Notes under the pieces: model-generated | Seen by the model: only the letters and a program-made list of their open reading frames with translations | Database searches by the model: none | What the model was told of the DNA's origin: nothing | Source of the DNA: Octopus bimaculoides | Taxonomy: Eukaryota | NCBI RefSeq assembly: GCF_001194135.2 | Contig: NC_068988.1 | Span: forward strand, 92,449,557 to 92,491,331 | Length of the DNA stretch: 41,775 nt | Direction: 5' to 3' | Position numbers and translations under genes: made by a program | In this document: one piece after another, positions 1 to 10,258 of the stretch | Layout: each line of letters opens with the position of its first letter | How positions within the stretch are numbered: the stretch's first letter is position 1

Positions 1-38
<38 letters not shown>
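1..38. repeat. (TA)n microsatellite
   Basis: Pure TA run at the window start. Confidence 0.95.
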
Positions 39-41
<3 letters not shown>

Positions 42-129
42 TCGGTATTTAATAGATCAATTGATAATACATCGTTAAACTCCTGTATATTATTACAACA
101 CAGTAAACATTCTGGTGCTACTTAAGTAT

Positions 130-193
130 TTACACACACATACACACACACACACATGCACGCACGTACAAATGCATACAGATACACCACTCA

Positions 194-226
<33 letters not shown>

Positions 227-281
227 CCACACCCACATGCACGCACGCACGCACACACGCACACGCACACGCGCACACACA

Positions 282-315
<34 letters not shown>
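130..315. repeat. Compound (CA)n/(CT)n/(CACG)n microsatellite
   Basis: Directly visible. It generates the spurious HT/CV-repeat ORFs at 93-333. Confidence 0.95.
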
Positions 316-505
316 AGACCTTTATCTAATTAACAAACCTTATTAGCTGGAACGTGGGGGTGAGCGAATCCAATGACAAATTCTTCAGTTGTGTAGCGGT
401 GTTAATAACGAATTCCTCCAAAGTAGAATGCAAAAGCACTCGTAGAAGAGACAATTGCTGGATTTGCGATTTAAACTTAGTTCCTTTGCCTCTAAATAAA
501 TATTG

Positions 506-726
506 ATTTCAAATTTTGGCACAAGGTCACCAGTTTTAAGGAAGCGGGTAAATTGATTACTTTGACCCCAGTGTTTAACTGGTATCTATGCTATCGATCA
601 AAAAAAAAAAAGAAAAAAAGATGAAAGATAATATCGACCTGGGCGGAATTTGAACTCAGAACATAAAAAGCCAGAGTAAATACCACTGAGCAGTTTGTCC
701 GGTGACAATTCTGCCAGACCACCGCG
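506..726 (-). mobile_element. tRNA-derived SINE, family A (diverged copy)
   Basis: Aligns by eye to copies at 1735-1950 and 12607-12835. Minus strand has B-box GAGTTCAAATTCC and an A-box-like TGGCAGAAT. Confidence 0.8.
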
Positions 727-773
727 TAAAATAAATGAATGAATAAATAATGAATTGCTAATTGTAAGCGTGT

Positions 774-1075
774 GGAGGCGCGTGGCTTAGTGGTTAGGGT
801 GTCAGCACCATGATCGTAAGATTGTGGTTTCGATTCCTGGACCGGGCGACGCGTTGTGTTCTTGAGCAAAATACTTCATTTCACGTTGTTCCAGTCCATT
901 CAGCTGGCAAAAATGAGTAACGCTGCGATGGACTGGCGTACGCCATTGAAACCGAGAAACATACGCCATTGAAACCGAGAAACATACGCCATTGAAACCG
1001 AGAAACATACGCCATTGAAACCGAGAAACCGGGTCCATGAGCCTGGCTAGGCTTTAAAAGGGCGCATTTATTTTT
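774..1075 (+). mobile_element. tRNA-derived SINE, family B
   Basis: Pol III A-box TGGCTTAGTGG (783-793) and B-box GGTTTCGATTCC (826-837). These are followed by a conserved central block TTCTTGAGCAA...CCAGTCCATTCAGCTG shared with 9516-9757 and 9994-10258, and an AT-rich tail. Confidence 0.85.
939..1029 (+). repeat. 23-bp tandem repeat x4 inside the SINE
   Basis: TACGCCATTGAAACCGAGAAACA starts at 939, 962, 985 and 1008, with identical units and no spacers. Confidence 0.95.
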
Positions 1076-1292
1076 AATTATTTAATTGTAAGAGTACAGA
1101 GGCGAAAGCCTGCATTCTACTTTCAAAAAGATTAATTGTGATTGGATTAGTTTTGATAAAACCAAATATATCATTGGCCTCTGTTTTGAATCATCAAAAT
1201 ATGTTAGTTTTGTGCTGGAAAAGCTTTACGTAAGACAAACATTACACACATTATGATTTATCTTAGTGGTACGCTGCAAGGAGTATCTAGGT

Positions 1293-1451
1293 TAGGCACG
1301 GGCAACCTTGTTTTTGAGAAGCGGGCCGCATGAGACATGGCTAATCATCAGGTCGGCCATACTGCCAAAGAAAATTCAAGATAATTTTTTTCTTCTTTTT
1401 GTTAAGCGTTCTATTCAGAAAACCCTGCAGATAATAGGTTGCCCTTGCCTG
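1293..1451. mobile_element. hAT-type MITE
   Basis: TIRs TAGGCACGGGCAACCT / AGGTTGCCCTTGCCTG. The 8-bp flanks ATCTAGGT / ATCTTGGG match 6/8 and resemble the NTCTAGAN hAT target. Confidence 0.75.
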
Positions 1452-1734
1452 ATCTTGGGGCTCTGCAGATTTATAAAAATATAATTTAAGGTTTTAGAAA
1501 ATTCATGTTTATGCTTGAGCCTCTTGATAAACATCGTTATTAATAATTTTGTTCCACACAAGTATAATGATATTGACACCATTAAAAGGAGAATTCTTCT
1601 CCATTCACTTCTGGCGACTGTAGCGTTGTTCAGGAGGAATTGATGACATCAGACGGTATCTAACGATCAGGAGAAGATGAGCAGTGGTGGCCAAATTACT
1701 GCGCATCTACTTTACTTTCTTCCCAGATACACAG

Positions 1735-1950
1735 GATTCTTTTCTACTCTAGGCACAAGGCTCGAAACTTTGGGGAGGGGCCAGTCGATTAGATCGACTC
1801 CAGTACGCAACTGGTCCTTAATTTATCGACCCCGAAAAGATGAAAGGCAAAGTCGACCTCGGCGGAATTTGAACTCAGAACATAAAGACAGACGAAAGAC
1901 CGCTAAGCATTTCGCCCGGCGTGCTAACGTTTCTGCCAGCTCACCGCCTT
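1735..1950 (-). mobile_element. tRNA-derived SINE, family A (well-preserved copy)
   Basis: Minus strand reads AAGGCGGTGAGCTGGCAGAAACGTTAGCACG...GAGTTCAAATTCCGCCGAGGTCGACTTTGCCTTTCATC, with A and B boxes. Several homologs occur in the window. Confidence 0.9.
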
Positions 1951-2519
1951 CCAGATACGGAGAATTGAAGTAATGATCCATATTTGACAAAATTGTGATC
2001 CAGTCTTGCTGATTTAGTGTTTTATATACTTGACACCGTTACTTTAAGTTCATGCAGTGAAGTTGGAACATTTAAGTTCGGAGAAACAATTTGGTATGGC
2101 CTTTGTCAATACATTTAGGTGATGCATTTGACAGACGATTCAGTAGAATTTTCCAAATGCTCTTGCTGTCTTTCCAGTAAGGCATATTTTTCGTTTAAAG
2201 TAGGATTTTCACCCTCAAATTTAATTGGCACTGTTCCCATCTTTGTGTAACCAAAGAGCTTTCAAATAAATTCGAAGAAATTTTCTTGGAAGAGTGATTC
2301 ATTCTTAAATCGACGATACTTGATGTCGCAAAAGAAAATCTTGACTCACATCAGAGACAGTAAGTAACACGATTGGTTTGACGAAAACGATCACATAACA
2401 AAAGCTTTAATTGCAGAGAGAAACGGAAAAGCTAAATTTGACAAAAGAAAATAATCCGAATTCCAAAGTTAAAGACAAGAGTTTATTGATAATTGCTAGC
2501 CTGGGGTTAAATAACACAA

Positions 2520-2520
2520 C

Positions 2521-2556
<36 letters not shown>

Positions 2557-2720
2557 CTATAATTACTACAGCTATTAGCAACACCGTCATGAAAATCACT
2601 TCATCCACCACGACTCATCACCGCTGTCAGAACTAACACAGCCACAGCAATTGCCATTGGTCATCATAATCTCCACAGCCATTAACACAGACCCCCCCAC
2701 CTCCACAAGCAGCACTGTCC

Positions 2721-2768
<48 letters not shown>

Positions 2769-2789
2769 TTGCTACTACTACTACTATTG

Positions 2790-2843
<54 letters not shown>

Positions 2844-2935
2844 TTGNNNNNNNNNNNNNNNNNNNNNNNNNNNNNNNNNNNNNNNNNNNNNNNNNNNNNN
2901 NNNNNNNNNNNNNNNNNNNNNNNNNNNNACTGTCC

Positions 2936-2983
<48 letters not shown>

Positions 2984-3004
2984 TTGCTACTACTACTACT
3001 ATTG

Positions 3005-3057
<53 letters not shown>

Positions 3058-3310
3058 GTCATTATAACCAATTTCTCCGCTACCATTACCGTCTTCATAA
3101 CCACCAGTAACACCGTGACCATCACCGCCAACACGGCCGTCATCGCTGCCGCCACCGCTGCCTCCACCACCGCTGCCTCCACCATCCCCACCGTCACACC
3201 TATCACCGCCACAGCGACCACCATTAATACCACCGTTACCACAGCAACCTAATGGTACCGGTGTTGCTGCTAGTGCTGGTGACTGTTGTGCTTCTGGTGA
3301 CGGTGGTGAC
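2520..3310. repeat. Trinucleotide low-complexity block: (CAT)n, (TAC)n, degenerate (ACC/CCG)n, spanning a gap
   Basis: Directly visible. It is the source of the poly-T/L/Y/V ORFs. Confidence 0.9.
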
Positions 3311-3312
3311 CT

Positions 3313-3550
3313 ATTAGCGTTGTTTAATCCTCGGCCAGCTCCTTGTCGAGATGACTTTGCTCAATGGTGCTTCAGTGACGACCATCCCAACTTTTCACAT
3401 ATCAGGAACAAAGCACAGGCTGGCTGCGATTGAGGAAGATGGCGACCGCGTACAAGCTTTCTCGCTGTTGTTGTTTAGCTGCCATGTTAGCCCTGATCAA
3501 GCAGACCTATAATTGGAGGCACTCCAGCTGTAGCTATCTGGTCTTTTTCT
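3313..3550 (+). repeat. Two diverged copies of an ~85-bp interspersed-repeat fragment (3313-3395, 3465-3550)
   Basis: Both begin TTGTTTA and share a CAG...GA.CT...CAG...ATC...TTTTC layout. Similarity is only about 60% by eye. Confidence 0.4.
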
Positions 3551-3560
3551 ACAGGAACAG

Positions 3561-3897
3561 AAGCTTTGGATCTTCTTGGTTTGACGGGTTTGACACTTGT
3601 TTTCTTAACGAAACACTTTCTAACTTGGGACACTGGTAGAATGTGTCATATAAAACATCTTTTTCTCTTAGCCTTCTTAACAAAAGTTAGACGTCAGTGA
3701 TAGACGTTAGTGATTGGTTGAAATTACCGAAATACGACAACTTTTTACATGAAATAACTTCGAATACAAAATTTTTTATCTGTTCTATAATACAAAATAT
3801 ACAAGTGTACGAAGTTTGAGAGTGTTTCGGTACCAAAAACACTACATAAAACATTAAAGAAAAATGTTGCCCGTCAAGCCAAAAAGATCCGAAGCTT
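3561..3897. mobile_element. MITE with 28-bp TIRs, superfamily unassigned
   Basis: Left AAGCTTTGGATCTTCTTGGTTTGACGGG versus reverse complement of the right end AAGCTTCGGATCTTTTTGGCTTGACGGG (25/28). No clear TSD. Confidence 0.75.
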
Positions 3898-4094
3898 ATA
3901 TTATGTGACGTATGCTTTTTTTTAAAACGACAGGATGTTGTGATTTGAGAGAGATTTGACTGACATGTCTAGCAACCGAGCGACCACATGTGGATTCCCT
4001 TGTAGGCTGGGATGGTTATAGCGACGAAGGTGGCTATGGTGACGTTGGTATTGATATGTTGAGAGTGGTTTTGAAAGTGATATTTCACAACATA

Positions 4095-4262
4095 CGAGGG
4101 GGTGCTGAAAAGTTTCTGGCTGTTCTTTTACAGGGCTTAGAATCGAAGGACTGCTGCAATAAGTGTGTGAATCTGAGAGGGGAATATGTTGAATAAAATC
4201 ATAATTAACTGATCCTCCGGCATTTTCTTTTCCCCCAAACCAGAAACTTTTCAGTACCCTCG
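4095..4262 (+). mobile_element. Mariner-derived MITE retaining the transposase C-terminus
   Basis: TIR CGAGGGGGTGCTGAAAAGTTTCTGG / CCAGAAACTTTTCAGTACCCTCG with TA on the left. The interior encodes CCNKCVNLRGEYVE*, like the mariner C-terminal W.KCV...G.YVE motif. Confidence 0.85.
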
Positions 4263-4349
4263 TGTGTGTATACTACCATAACTAGCACAACTGCTACAAT
4301 CAATATTATGTATGTATGTATGTATGTGGTGTTGGTTTGTTTATTTTCC

Positions 4350-4503
4350 CGTAACTTAGCGTTTCGGCAAACGGATTCTGAAACAATAAATACCAGGTTT
4401 TAAAAAGAAAAGTACTGGGGTTGATTTGCTCGACTAAAGCACTCCAAGACAGTACCGCAGCATGTCTGCAGTCCAATGATTGAAACAGGTAAACGATGAA
4501 AGA
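4350..4503 (+). mobile_element. SINE-like repeat, family E (3' part, diverged)
   Basis: GTACCGCAGCATGTCTGCAGTCCAATGATTGAAACAGGTAAA is homologous to the reverse complement of 11694-11775. Confidence 0.6.
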
Positions 4504-5460
4504 CTAAGGATAGTCTTTATCAGTTTGTCAGGATTAAGAGCGTGTGGCGGATAAACTGGTGTGAGACCCTGGACACAGCACTTTTATGTGACACCAGGGA
4601 GAAACATTAACAATACCGAGGTGAAAGATATAAAAATAACAGAGGTAAACATTGGACACAAATGTTTATTACTCTCCAATGTATCCTTAATAATGTGACA
4701 GTATCTAAATGGTGATGACGACGAAGTAGCGAAGTTGGATATCAATGAAGACACATCGCCAGATGAATATATTTTCCGATCACAGTTCATTTCTTCGCCA
4801 GTCCACGTTTAAATTTGCTTAGTTCATTAATCTGTGAAATATTAAAAATTTAATTAAAATATCAGTGTTCTACAAGTGAATGAGAAAAAATTAATAAATC
4901 TATGTAAAAGAGCAACAATTTTAAAATCAAATCCTCTATTAATGGAGATATTTATGGATGGTAGCCATACTCATAAATTGTGGCTTTGTCAAGTTACTTC
5001 CACTAAATATAGGTTGAAAAAACAAACTATATATAGTTGCTACGTTTGCAACAAAAGGACACTTTAAAGTTCAGTGAAATATAGTTATGATATTAAAGCA
5101 ACATCTTACCGACAATACTGAACAATCTCAGGATCTGAAATAGCTACAGTGAAATTAAAGCTATATCTTCGCTTTAAAACGAGTATTTATTGACGAAAAT
5201 ACTCTGACATGCCGGTATGATAAATGGATGTAACATTTTGTATTCCTATCAAATAAATTTATTCGACCTAAAATGAAGAGGCAATACTTTTATGCCTAAA
5301 CATCTGAACTGGTATACATGCATACATACATACATATACATACATGGCGATTGTTCATTCTTCACAGCTTATTACCATTGCCTTGTACTTCTTTTTTTTG
5401 TCAAGGTAATTTCTGATTTTCTATCCATGACAATTCAGTCCCATTGGAGATCTGCGTGGT

Positions 5461-5523
5461 TTGAAGCATAGGTGACACACAGTTGAAGCATAGGTGACAC
5501 ACAGTTGCAGCATAGGTGACACT
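5461..5523. repeat. 22-bp tandem repeat x~3
   Basis: TTGAAGCATAGGTGACACACAG at 5461 and 5483, with a partial third copy at 5505. Confidence 0.9.
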
Positions 5524-5584
5524 TCAACCATGTAACGACACACGTGCTTTTCCTGCACTGTTCTTTTCTTTTCTTTTCCTCTTT

Positions 5585-5611
5585 CTGACGAAGAACCATG
5601 CTCGAAACGTC
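5585..5611 (+). ncRNA. Degenerate minimal type I hammerhead-ribozyme motif (Penelope pLTR-like)
   Basis: CTGACGA-A-GAAC(CAT)GCTC-GAAAC-GTC: both core boxes are present, helix II has 3 of 4 pairs, and helix III is reduced to the ACGT palindrome with a GUC triplet. Helix I does not pair. Confidence 0.4.
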
Positions 5612-6692
5612 ACACCACCTCTTTTTTTACCCTGTCTTAAACTTTCTCTGAGCGCCAACCTAATTATACATTCAATGTGTACGTCCTTTTGACTTTTGTT
5701 GCTTTGCCTGTTTTTGTCTTTATTTTTCGTTTGCCTATATAAATGTATATCCTCTCTCTCTCCCCTCTCTCTCTCCCCCTCTCCCTCNNNNNNNNNNNNN
5801 NNNNNNNNNNNNNNNNNNNNNNNNNNNNNNNNNNNNNNNNNNNNNNNNNNNNNNNNNNNNNNNNNNNNNNNNNNNNNNNNNNNNNNNNNNNNNNNNNNNN
5901 NNNNNNNNNNNNNNNNNNNNNNNNNNNNNNNNNNNNNNNNNNNNNNNNNNNNNNNNNNNNNNNNNNNNNNNNNNNNNNNNNNNNNNNNNNNNNNNNNNNN
6001 NNNNNNNNNNNNNNNNNNNNNNNNNNNNNNNNNNNNNNNNNNNNNNNNNNNNNNNNNNNNNNNNNNNNNNNNNNNNNNNNNNNNNNNNNNNNNNNNNNNN
6101 NNNNNNNNNNNNNNNNNNNNNNNNNNNNNNNNNNNNNNNNNNNNNNNNNNNNNNNNNNNNNNNNNNNNNNNNNNNNNNNNNNNNNNNNNNNNNNNNNNNN
6201 NNNNNNNNNNNNNNNNNNNNNNNNNNNNNNNNNNNNNNNNNNNNNNNNNNNNNNNNNNNNNNNNNNNNNNNNNNNNNNNNNNNNNNNNNNNNNNNNNNNN
6301 NNNNNNNNNNNNNNNNNNNNNNNNNNNNNNNNNNNNNNNNNNNNNNNNNNNNNNNNNNNNNNGTTGAACGTTTGATAAAAAAAAAAAATTAAAATTAAAA
6401 TAAATAAAATAAAAATAAAAAAAGATAAAAACATGTTTATTCAATATGAAATGCATAGGCTTCTCACTAGAAATGAATTTTCTTTCGGAATCAAGTGAAT
6501 GGAATCACTGAAATAATGGATAGAAATATGCGGTGAGAATATTGTAACGTAGCGAAAGTCATGAAAATTAGTTGTGTTAGATGTGTAGCTGGAGAGGCAC
6601 TGGGTACACCTACACAAATGTGCCTCAGATGACAACTTTGTTTCCTCGTAAATTAACTTGCAGAAAATGGATCAATCATTTAATGAAATTTT

Positions 6693-6843
6693 CTGTGGCA
6701 AAGAAGTATGCTTCCAACCGCATGGTTTCGGGTTCAGTCCCACTGCGTGGCACTTTGGGCAAGTGTCTTCTACTATAGCCTCGGGCCGACCACAAACTTG
6801 TGAGTGGGCTTTGGTAGACGGAAACTGAAAGAAGACCGTCGTG
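6693..6843 (+). mobile_element. tRNA-derived SINE, family C
   Basis: B-box-like GGGTTCAGTCCC, CORE-like CTTTGGGCAAGTGTCTTCT block, ending GACGGAAACTGAAAGAAGACCGTC plus (TATG)n. Homologs at 7151, 33503 and 35478. Confidence 0.85.
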
Positions 6844-6918
6844 CGTGTATGTATGTATGTATGTATGTATATACCAAAACGGGTGGGCTGTTATAGATTA
6901 TTATAATTTGAATTAGAG

Positions 6919-7142
6919 CAGTGGTTCTCAACTATTTTTTTCCTATAGACTCCTTTGGTTCCTATTTTATTCTCCTGGACCTCCATAGCCATGCAGTGTA
7001 TATATAAAAAAAATCCAACTGTATTTTTATAATTAAATATTAGGAACAGAATAAAAGAAAATTAAATACTTTGTGTATTGTAGAAGTATAAGAAATTTAT
7101 TGCTCATAAAAGGGCCATATGGAACCCAGTTGAGAACCATTG
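6919..7142. mobile_element. hAT (Charlie-like) MITE
   Basis: TIRs CAGTGGTTCTCAACT / AGTTGAGAACCATTG (14/15). The 8-bp flanks AATTAGAG / ACTTAGAA match 6/8. Confidence 0.85.
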
Positions 7143-7150
7143 ACTTAGAA

Positions 7151-7310
7151 GCACGGGTGTGGCTGTGTAAGAAGTTTGCTTCCCAACCATGTGCTCTTGG
7201 GTTCAATCCTATTGTGCATTACCTTGAGCAAATGTCTTCTACTATACTCTCGTGCCATCACAGCCCTGTACGTGGATTTGGTAGACGGAAACTGAAAGAC
7301 GCCTGTCATG
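7151..7310 (+). mobile_element. SINE, family C
   Basis: TGGCTGTGT...GGGTTCAATCC...CCTTGAGCAAATGTCTTCTACTATA...GACGGAAACTGAAAGA matches the other family C copies. Confidence 0.8.
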
Positions 7311-7690
7311 TGTGTGTATATATATGACTTTTTCTTCCGTTGAGAGCTTATATGCCCTAATATTAGACTATTTTCTGTAGTCATTACACGGTGATTGCTT
7401 ATAAGCTCTAAGCTTATGAAATATTATTATTGGGGTTTTCCACGAGTAACCTTCAAAGCGCCTCCCCTATTGGGAGTTTTTACTTGTTATATTGTTATTT
7501 TCGTTATGAAATGTTTATACAGACTTTTTTTTTTGCAAAACCCTTTATTTATCGTCTTGTGTTGTCCCTTAATGTTTTGATTTATATTAGCCCTTGTGGT
7601 CAATAAAAAGAATTAATTATTATTACTATTATTTACAGAATTGTAAAAATCGACATTGCTTACCAAAAACCATCGCAGATATATATATAT

Positions 7691-7830
7691 GTCGAAACGC
7701 CGGTGTTAAAACGTGGGTGGCTGATGAAGGAGAATGTTCTCTATGTGGCTCGTGTGTTCTCGTCTACGTTTGTTTGCAATGTCCTGTACCCAGATATGCA
7801 CCTATACATACAGGTGGATGTCGGTATGCA
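7691..7830 (+). repeat. Interspersed repeat carrying GAAAC...CTGATGA motifs (copy 1)
   Basis: Collinear with 22110-22270: GAAACGCCRGTGTTA...CTGATGAAGGA...TGTTCTCTATGTGGC...TGTACCCAGAT.TGCA.CTATA. Confidence 0.75.
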
Positions 7831-7926
7831 CATACCTGTACGTATATATGCATATACTCATTTACTATTTGTTTATATATATATATATATNNNNNNNNNN
7901 NNNNNNNNNNNNNNNNNNNNNNNNNN

Positions 7927-9140
7927 CTACATATGGGGAAAATCGGTGTGTGTTTGTTTGTGGCGTTGTTAGCTAACTCCTCCTACATCGTTTTATTGAT
8001 TTTGATGAAACTTGACACGCGAGTAGAACTCATGTCTGGAAGCCTCATGACATACTCAGATTATTGAAAAAAAATTGATAATACAGCTCCTGGAAGGGAT
8101 CTTTATATCTATCTCATATAACTGATTCTTTTTAACACTCAAGGTAAATAACCCATAGCACCTGCACAATATTTTTTAAACACTCAAGGGAAATAACCCA
8201 TAGCACCTGTACTTACAGCTGTTAGTTTTTAGCGAAGTGATCAATATTTGATTCGCACCATCAGCGGACCTAATTCTGCATTTCACTACTCACAGTTTTG
8301 AACTGCTAAACCTTATTATTGCACTTTGTTGATGCATGTACACTTTCAATACCTATAACTCCGATAAGTCTGTATTTTTCCAGTTAAAAGTTTTCTATGA
8401 CACTACATAAATTTTTGATTCCAGAACGTATTTAATAAGTGTGTCCTAATACAATAAATTCATACTTTGAAAGTTTAAAATTCTTAAAAAATGAAACCAA
8501 ACTTCCACACCACATTCATTTGGGACACCCTGTATCACTTATACTGATTTTACAATTCATAATATTTATTGCTTATTTACAGTTCATACAACATTTTCAT
8601 GAAAATAATTGAGCCATCGAATTTAGAAATATTTTACAGGTTTCATTGTTTATGCTCGATTACTTTGAATATTGATTTTTTTGTGTGTTCAATTTCTAAT
8701 TTTTGCAGACAATATCACTTTTATACTTTATTTGACACGTGAGTAGAACTCATGTCTGGAAACCTCGTGACATACTTAGATTGTTGAAAAAAATCGATAA
8801 TACAGCCCCTTCAATGGATCCTTCTGTCTACTACATATTATTAATATTTTATTCAAATGACTCAAGGGAAATAACCCATACGACCTGCAGTTTTTAGCGA
8901 AGCGATCAATATTTGATTCGCACGATCAGCCGACCTAATTCTGCATTTCACTACTCAGTTTTGAACTGCTAAACATTATTATTACACTTCATTGATTTGA
9001 ATCTTAAACATTAAAGACTTCCTTCATACATTTCTATACATACTTTTTTGAATGCCCATTGCTCCGATAATTCTGCATTTTTACAGTTTTTACTTTTTCT
9101 ATGACAGTAGATAAATTTTCTATTCCACAACGTATTTCTA
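7927..9140 (+). mobile_element. Probable non-autonomous Helitron/Helentron-like element with an internal ~400-bp direct duplication
   Basis: The 5' part CTACATATGGGGAAAATCGGTGTGTGTTTGTTTGT...ATTTTGATGAAACTTGACAC resembles non-autonomous Helitron 5' regions (recalled pattern). Segments 8011-8430 and 8733-9140 are clearly homologous direct repeats. The 3' hairpin/CTAG end was not identified. Confidence 0.5.
8436..8534. mobile_element. Short Tc1/mariner-type TIR remnant
   Basis: The right end TTTGGGACACCCTG-TA is a typical Tc1/mariner TIR plus TA. The left end AAGTGTGTCCTAA is degenerate. Confidence 0.4.
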
Positions 9141-9515
9141 GTGGCTTCATGCAGGCATAGCGTGGATTCGATCACTTTACAACTGTNNNNNNNNNNNNNN
9201 NNNNNNNNNNNNNNNNNNNNNNNNNNNNNNNNNNNNNNNNNNNNNNNNNNNNNNNNNNNNNNNNNNNNNNNNNNNNNNNNNNNNNNNNNNNNNNNNNNNN
9301 NNNNNNNNNNNNNNNNNNNNNNNNNNNNNNNNNNNNNNNNNNNNNNNNNNNNNNNNNNNNNNNNNNNNNNNNNNNNNNNNNNNNNNNNNNNNNNNNNNNN
9401 NNNNNNNNNNNNNNNNNNNNNNNNNNNNNNNNNNNNNNNNNNNNNNNNNNNNNNNNNNNNNNNNNNNNNNNNNNNNNNNNNNNNNNNNNNNNNNNNNNNN
9501 NNNNNNNNNNNNNNN

Positions 9516-9757
9516 GTTCTTGAGCAAGACACTTTAATTCACACTGCTCCAGTTCACTCAGCTGTAGAAATGAGTTGAGACATCACAGCTGTATCGGCCC
9601 CTTTCCCTTTCCCTTGGATTACACTGGTGGCGTGGAGAAGGGAGACCGGTATGCATGGGCGACTGCTGGTCTTCCATAAACAGCCTTGTTCGGACTTATG
9701 CCTGGAAGGGTAACTTTCTCGGTGCAATGGTCGGTCATGACCGAAGGGAAGGTCTCA
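9516..9757 (+). mobile_element. SINE body related to family B (head lost in gap)
   Basis: GTTCTTGAGCAAGACACTTTAATTCACACTGCTCCAGTTCACTCAGCTG shares the central block of 774-1075 but has a different 3' part. Confidence 0.7.
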
Positions 9758-9774
9758 GCATATATATATACATA

Positions 9775-9936
9775 CAGGAGTGGGTGCTGAAAAGTTCCTG
9801 GCTTTAAGTAACTGAAAATACTTATTGCAGTGGCCCATCAGTTTTTCTAACCCCGTGTTAAAGAACACGGAAGATTGGGCCTCCAACCAGGCTTTTCGCG
9901 ACACCCTTAAAGCCAGGAAATTTTCAGTATCCCCTC

Positions 9937-9937
<1 letters not shown>
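9775..9937. mobile_element. Mariner-derived MITE (deletion variant)
   Basis: GGGTGCTGAAAAGTTCCTGGCTTTAAG / CTTAAAGCCAGGAAATTTTCAGTATCCCCTCG, flanked by TA on both sides. Confidence 0.85.
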
Positions 9938-9978
<41 letters not shown>

Positions 9979-9993
9979 ATGTGTGTGTGTGTG

Positions 9994-10258
9994 TGTGTGT
10001 ATCACGTAATCGTCCAGTCTATCAGATGATATTATACATCGCTGGTCACAATGTGATTTGTATTGTTTTAGTCTTCGAATGACGCCATCCTGCTAGCTAG
10101 GCGAGCCAGACAACATTCCCCCCACCAATGATCGAAAGTGTGGGAGGGCTGGAGCAACGCGAAATGAAATATTTTACTCAAGAACACAACGTGCAACCCA
10201 GTCTAGGAAACTAGCGATCGTGAGTGCCATACCCAAACTACTAGAGCACGCGGCTTCA
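9994..10258 (-). mobile_element. SINE related to family B (diverged)
   Basis: Minus strand has GTTGTGTTCTTGAGTAAAATATTTCATTTCGCGTTGCTCCAG, matching 856-893 of the family B copy. Confidence 0.65.

Noticed and set aside
774-850. tRNA gene
   Set aside because: A and B boxes are present but no acceptor stem or cloverleaf forms, and the sequence continues into a SINE body.
939-1029. CRISPR-like direct repeats of 23 bp
   Set aside because: The units are contiguous with no spacers, lie inside a SINE, and there are no cas genes in this eukaryotic context.
1609-1659. 51-nt minus-strand exon candidate (YRLMSSIPPEQRYSRQ); similar candidates at 14823-14880, 16100-16147, 19610-19659, 26861-26913 and 32030-32087
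   Set aside because: They have only plausible splice sites, no recognisable protein and no consistent phase chain, which is chance-level without RNA evidence.
3100-3310. Strand switch from ACC-rich to GGT-rich around GGTACC, suggesting a hairpin
   Set aside because: The complementarity is only compositional between degenerate trinucleotide tracts, not a specific inverted repeat.
4560-5070. Acidic, protein-like frames (YLNGDDDEVAKLDINEDTSPDEY)
   Set aside because: They are short and stop-interrupted, with no family motif or element ends I can identify.
5461-5523. 22-bp repeats containing TAGGTGACAC(T), similar to the SP6 promoter
   Set aside because: The match is at most 11 nt and lacks the rest of the promoter. 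There is no vector context or spacers, so it is an ordinary short tandem repeat.
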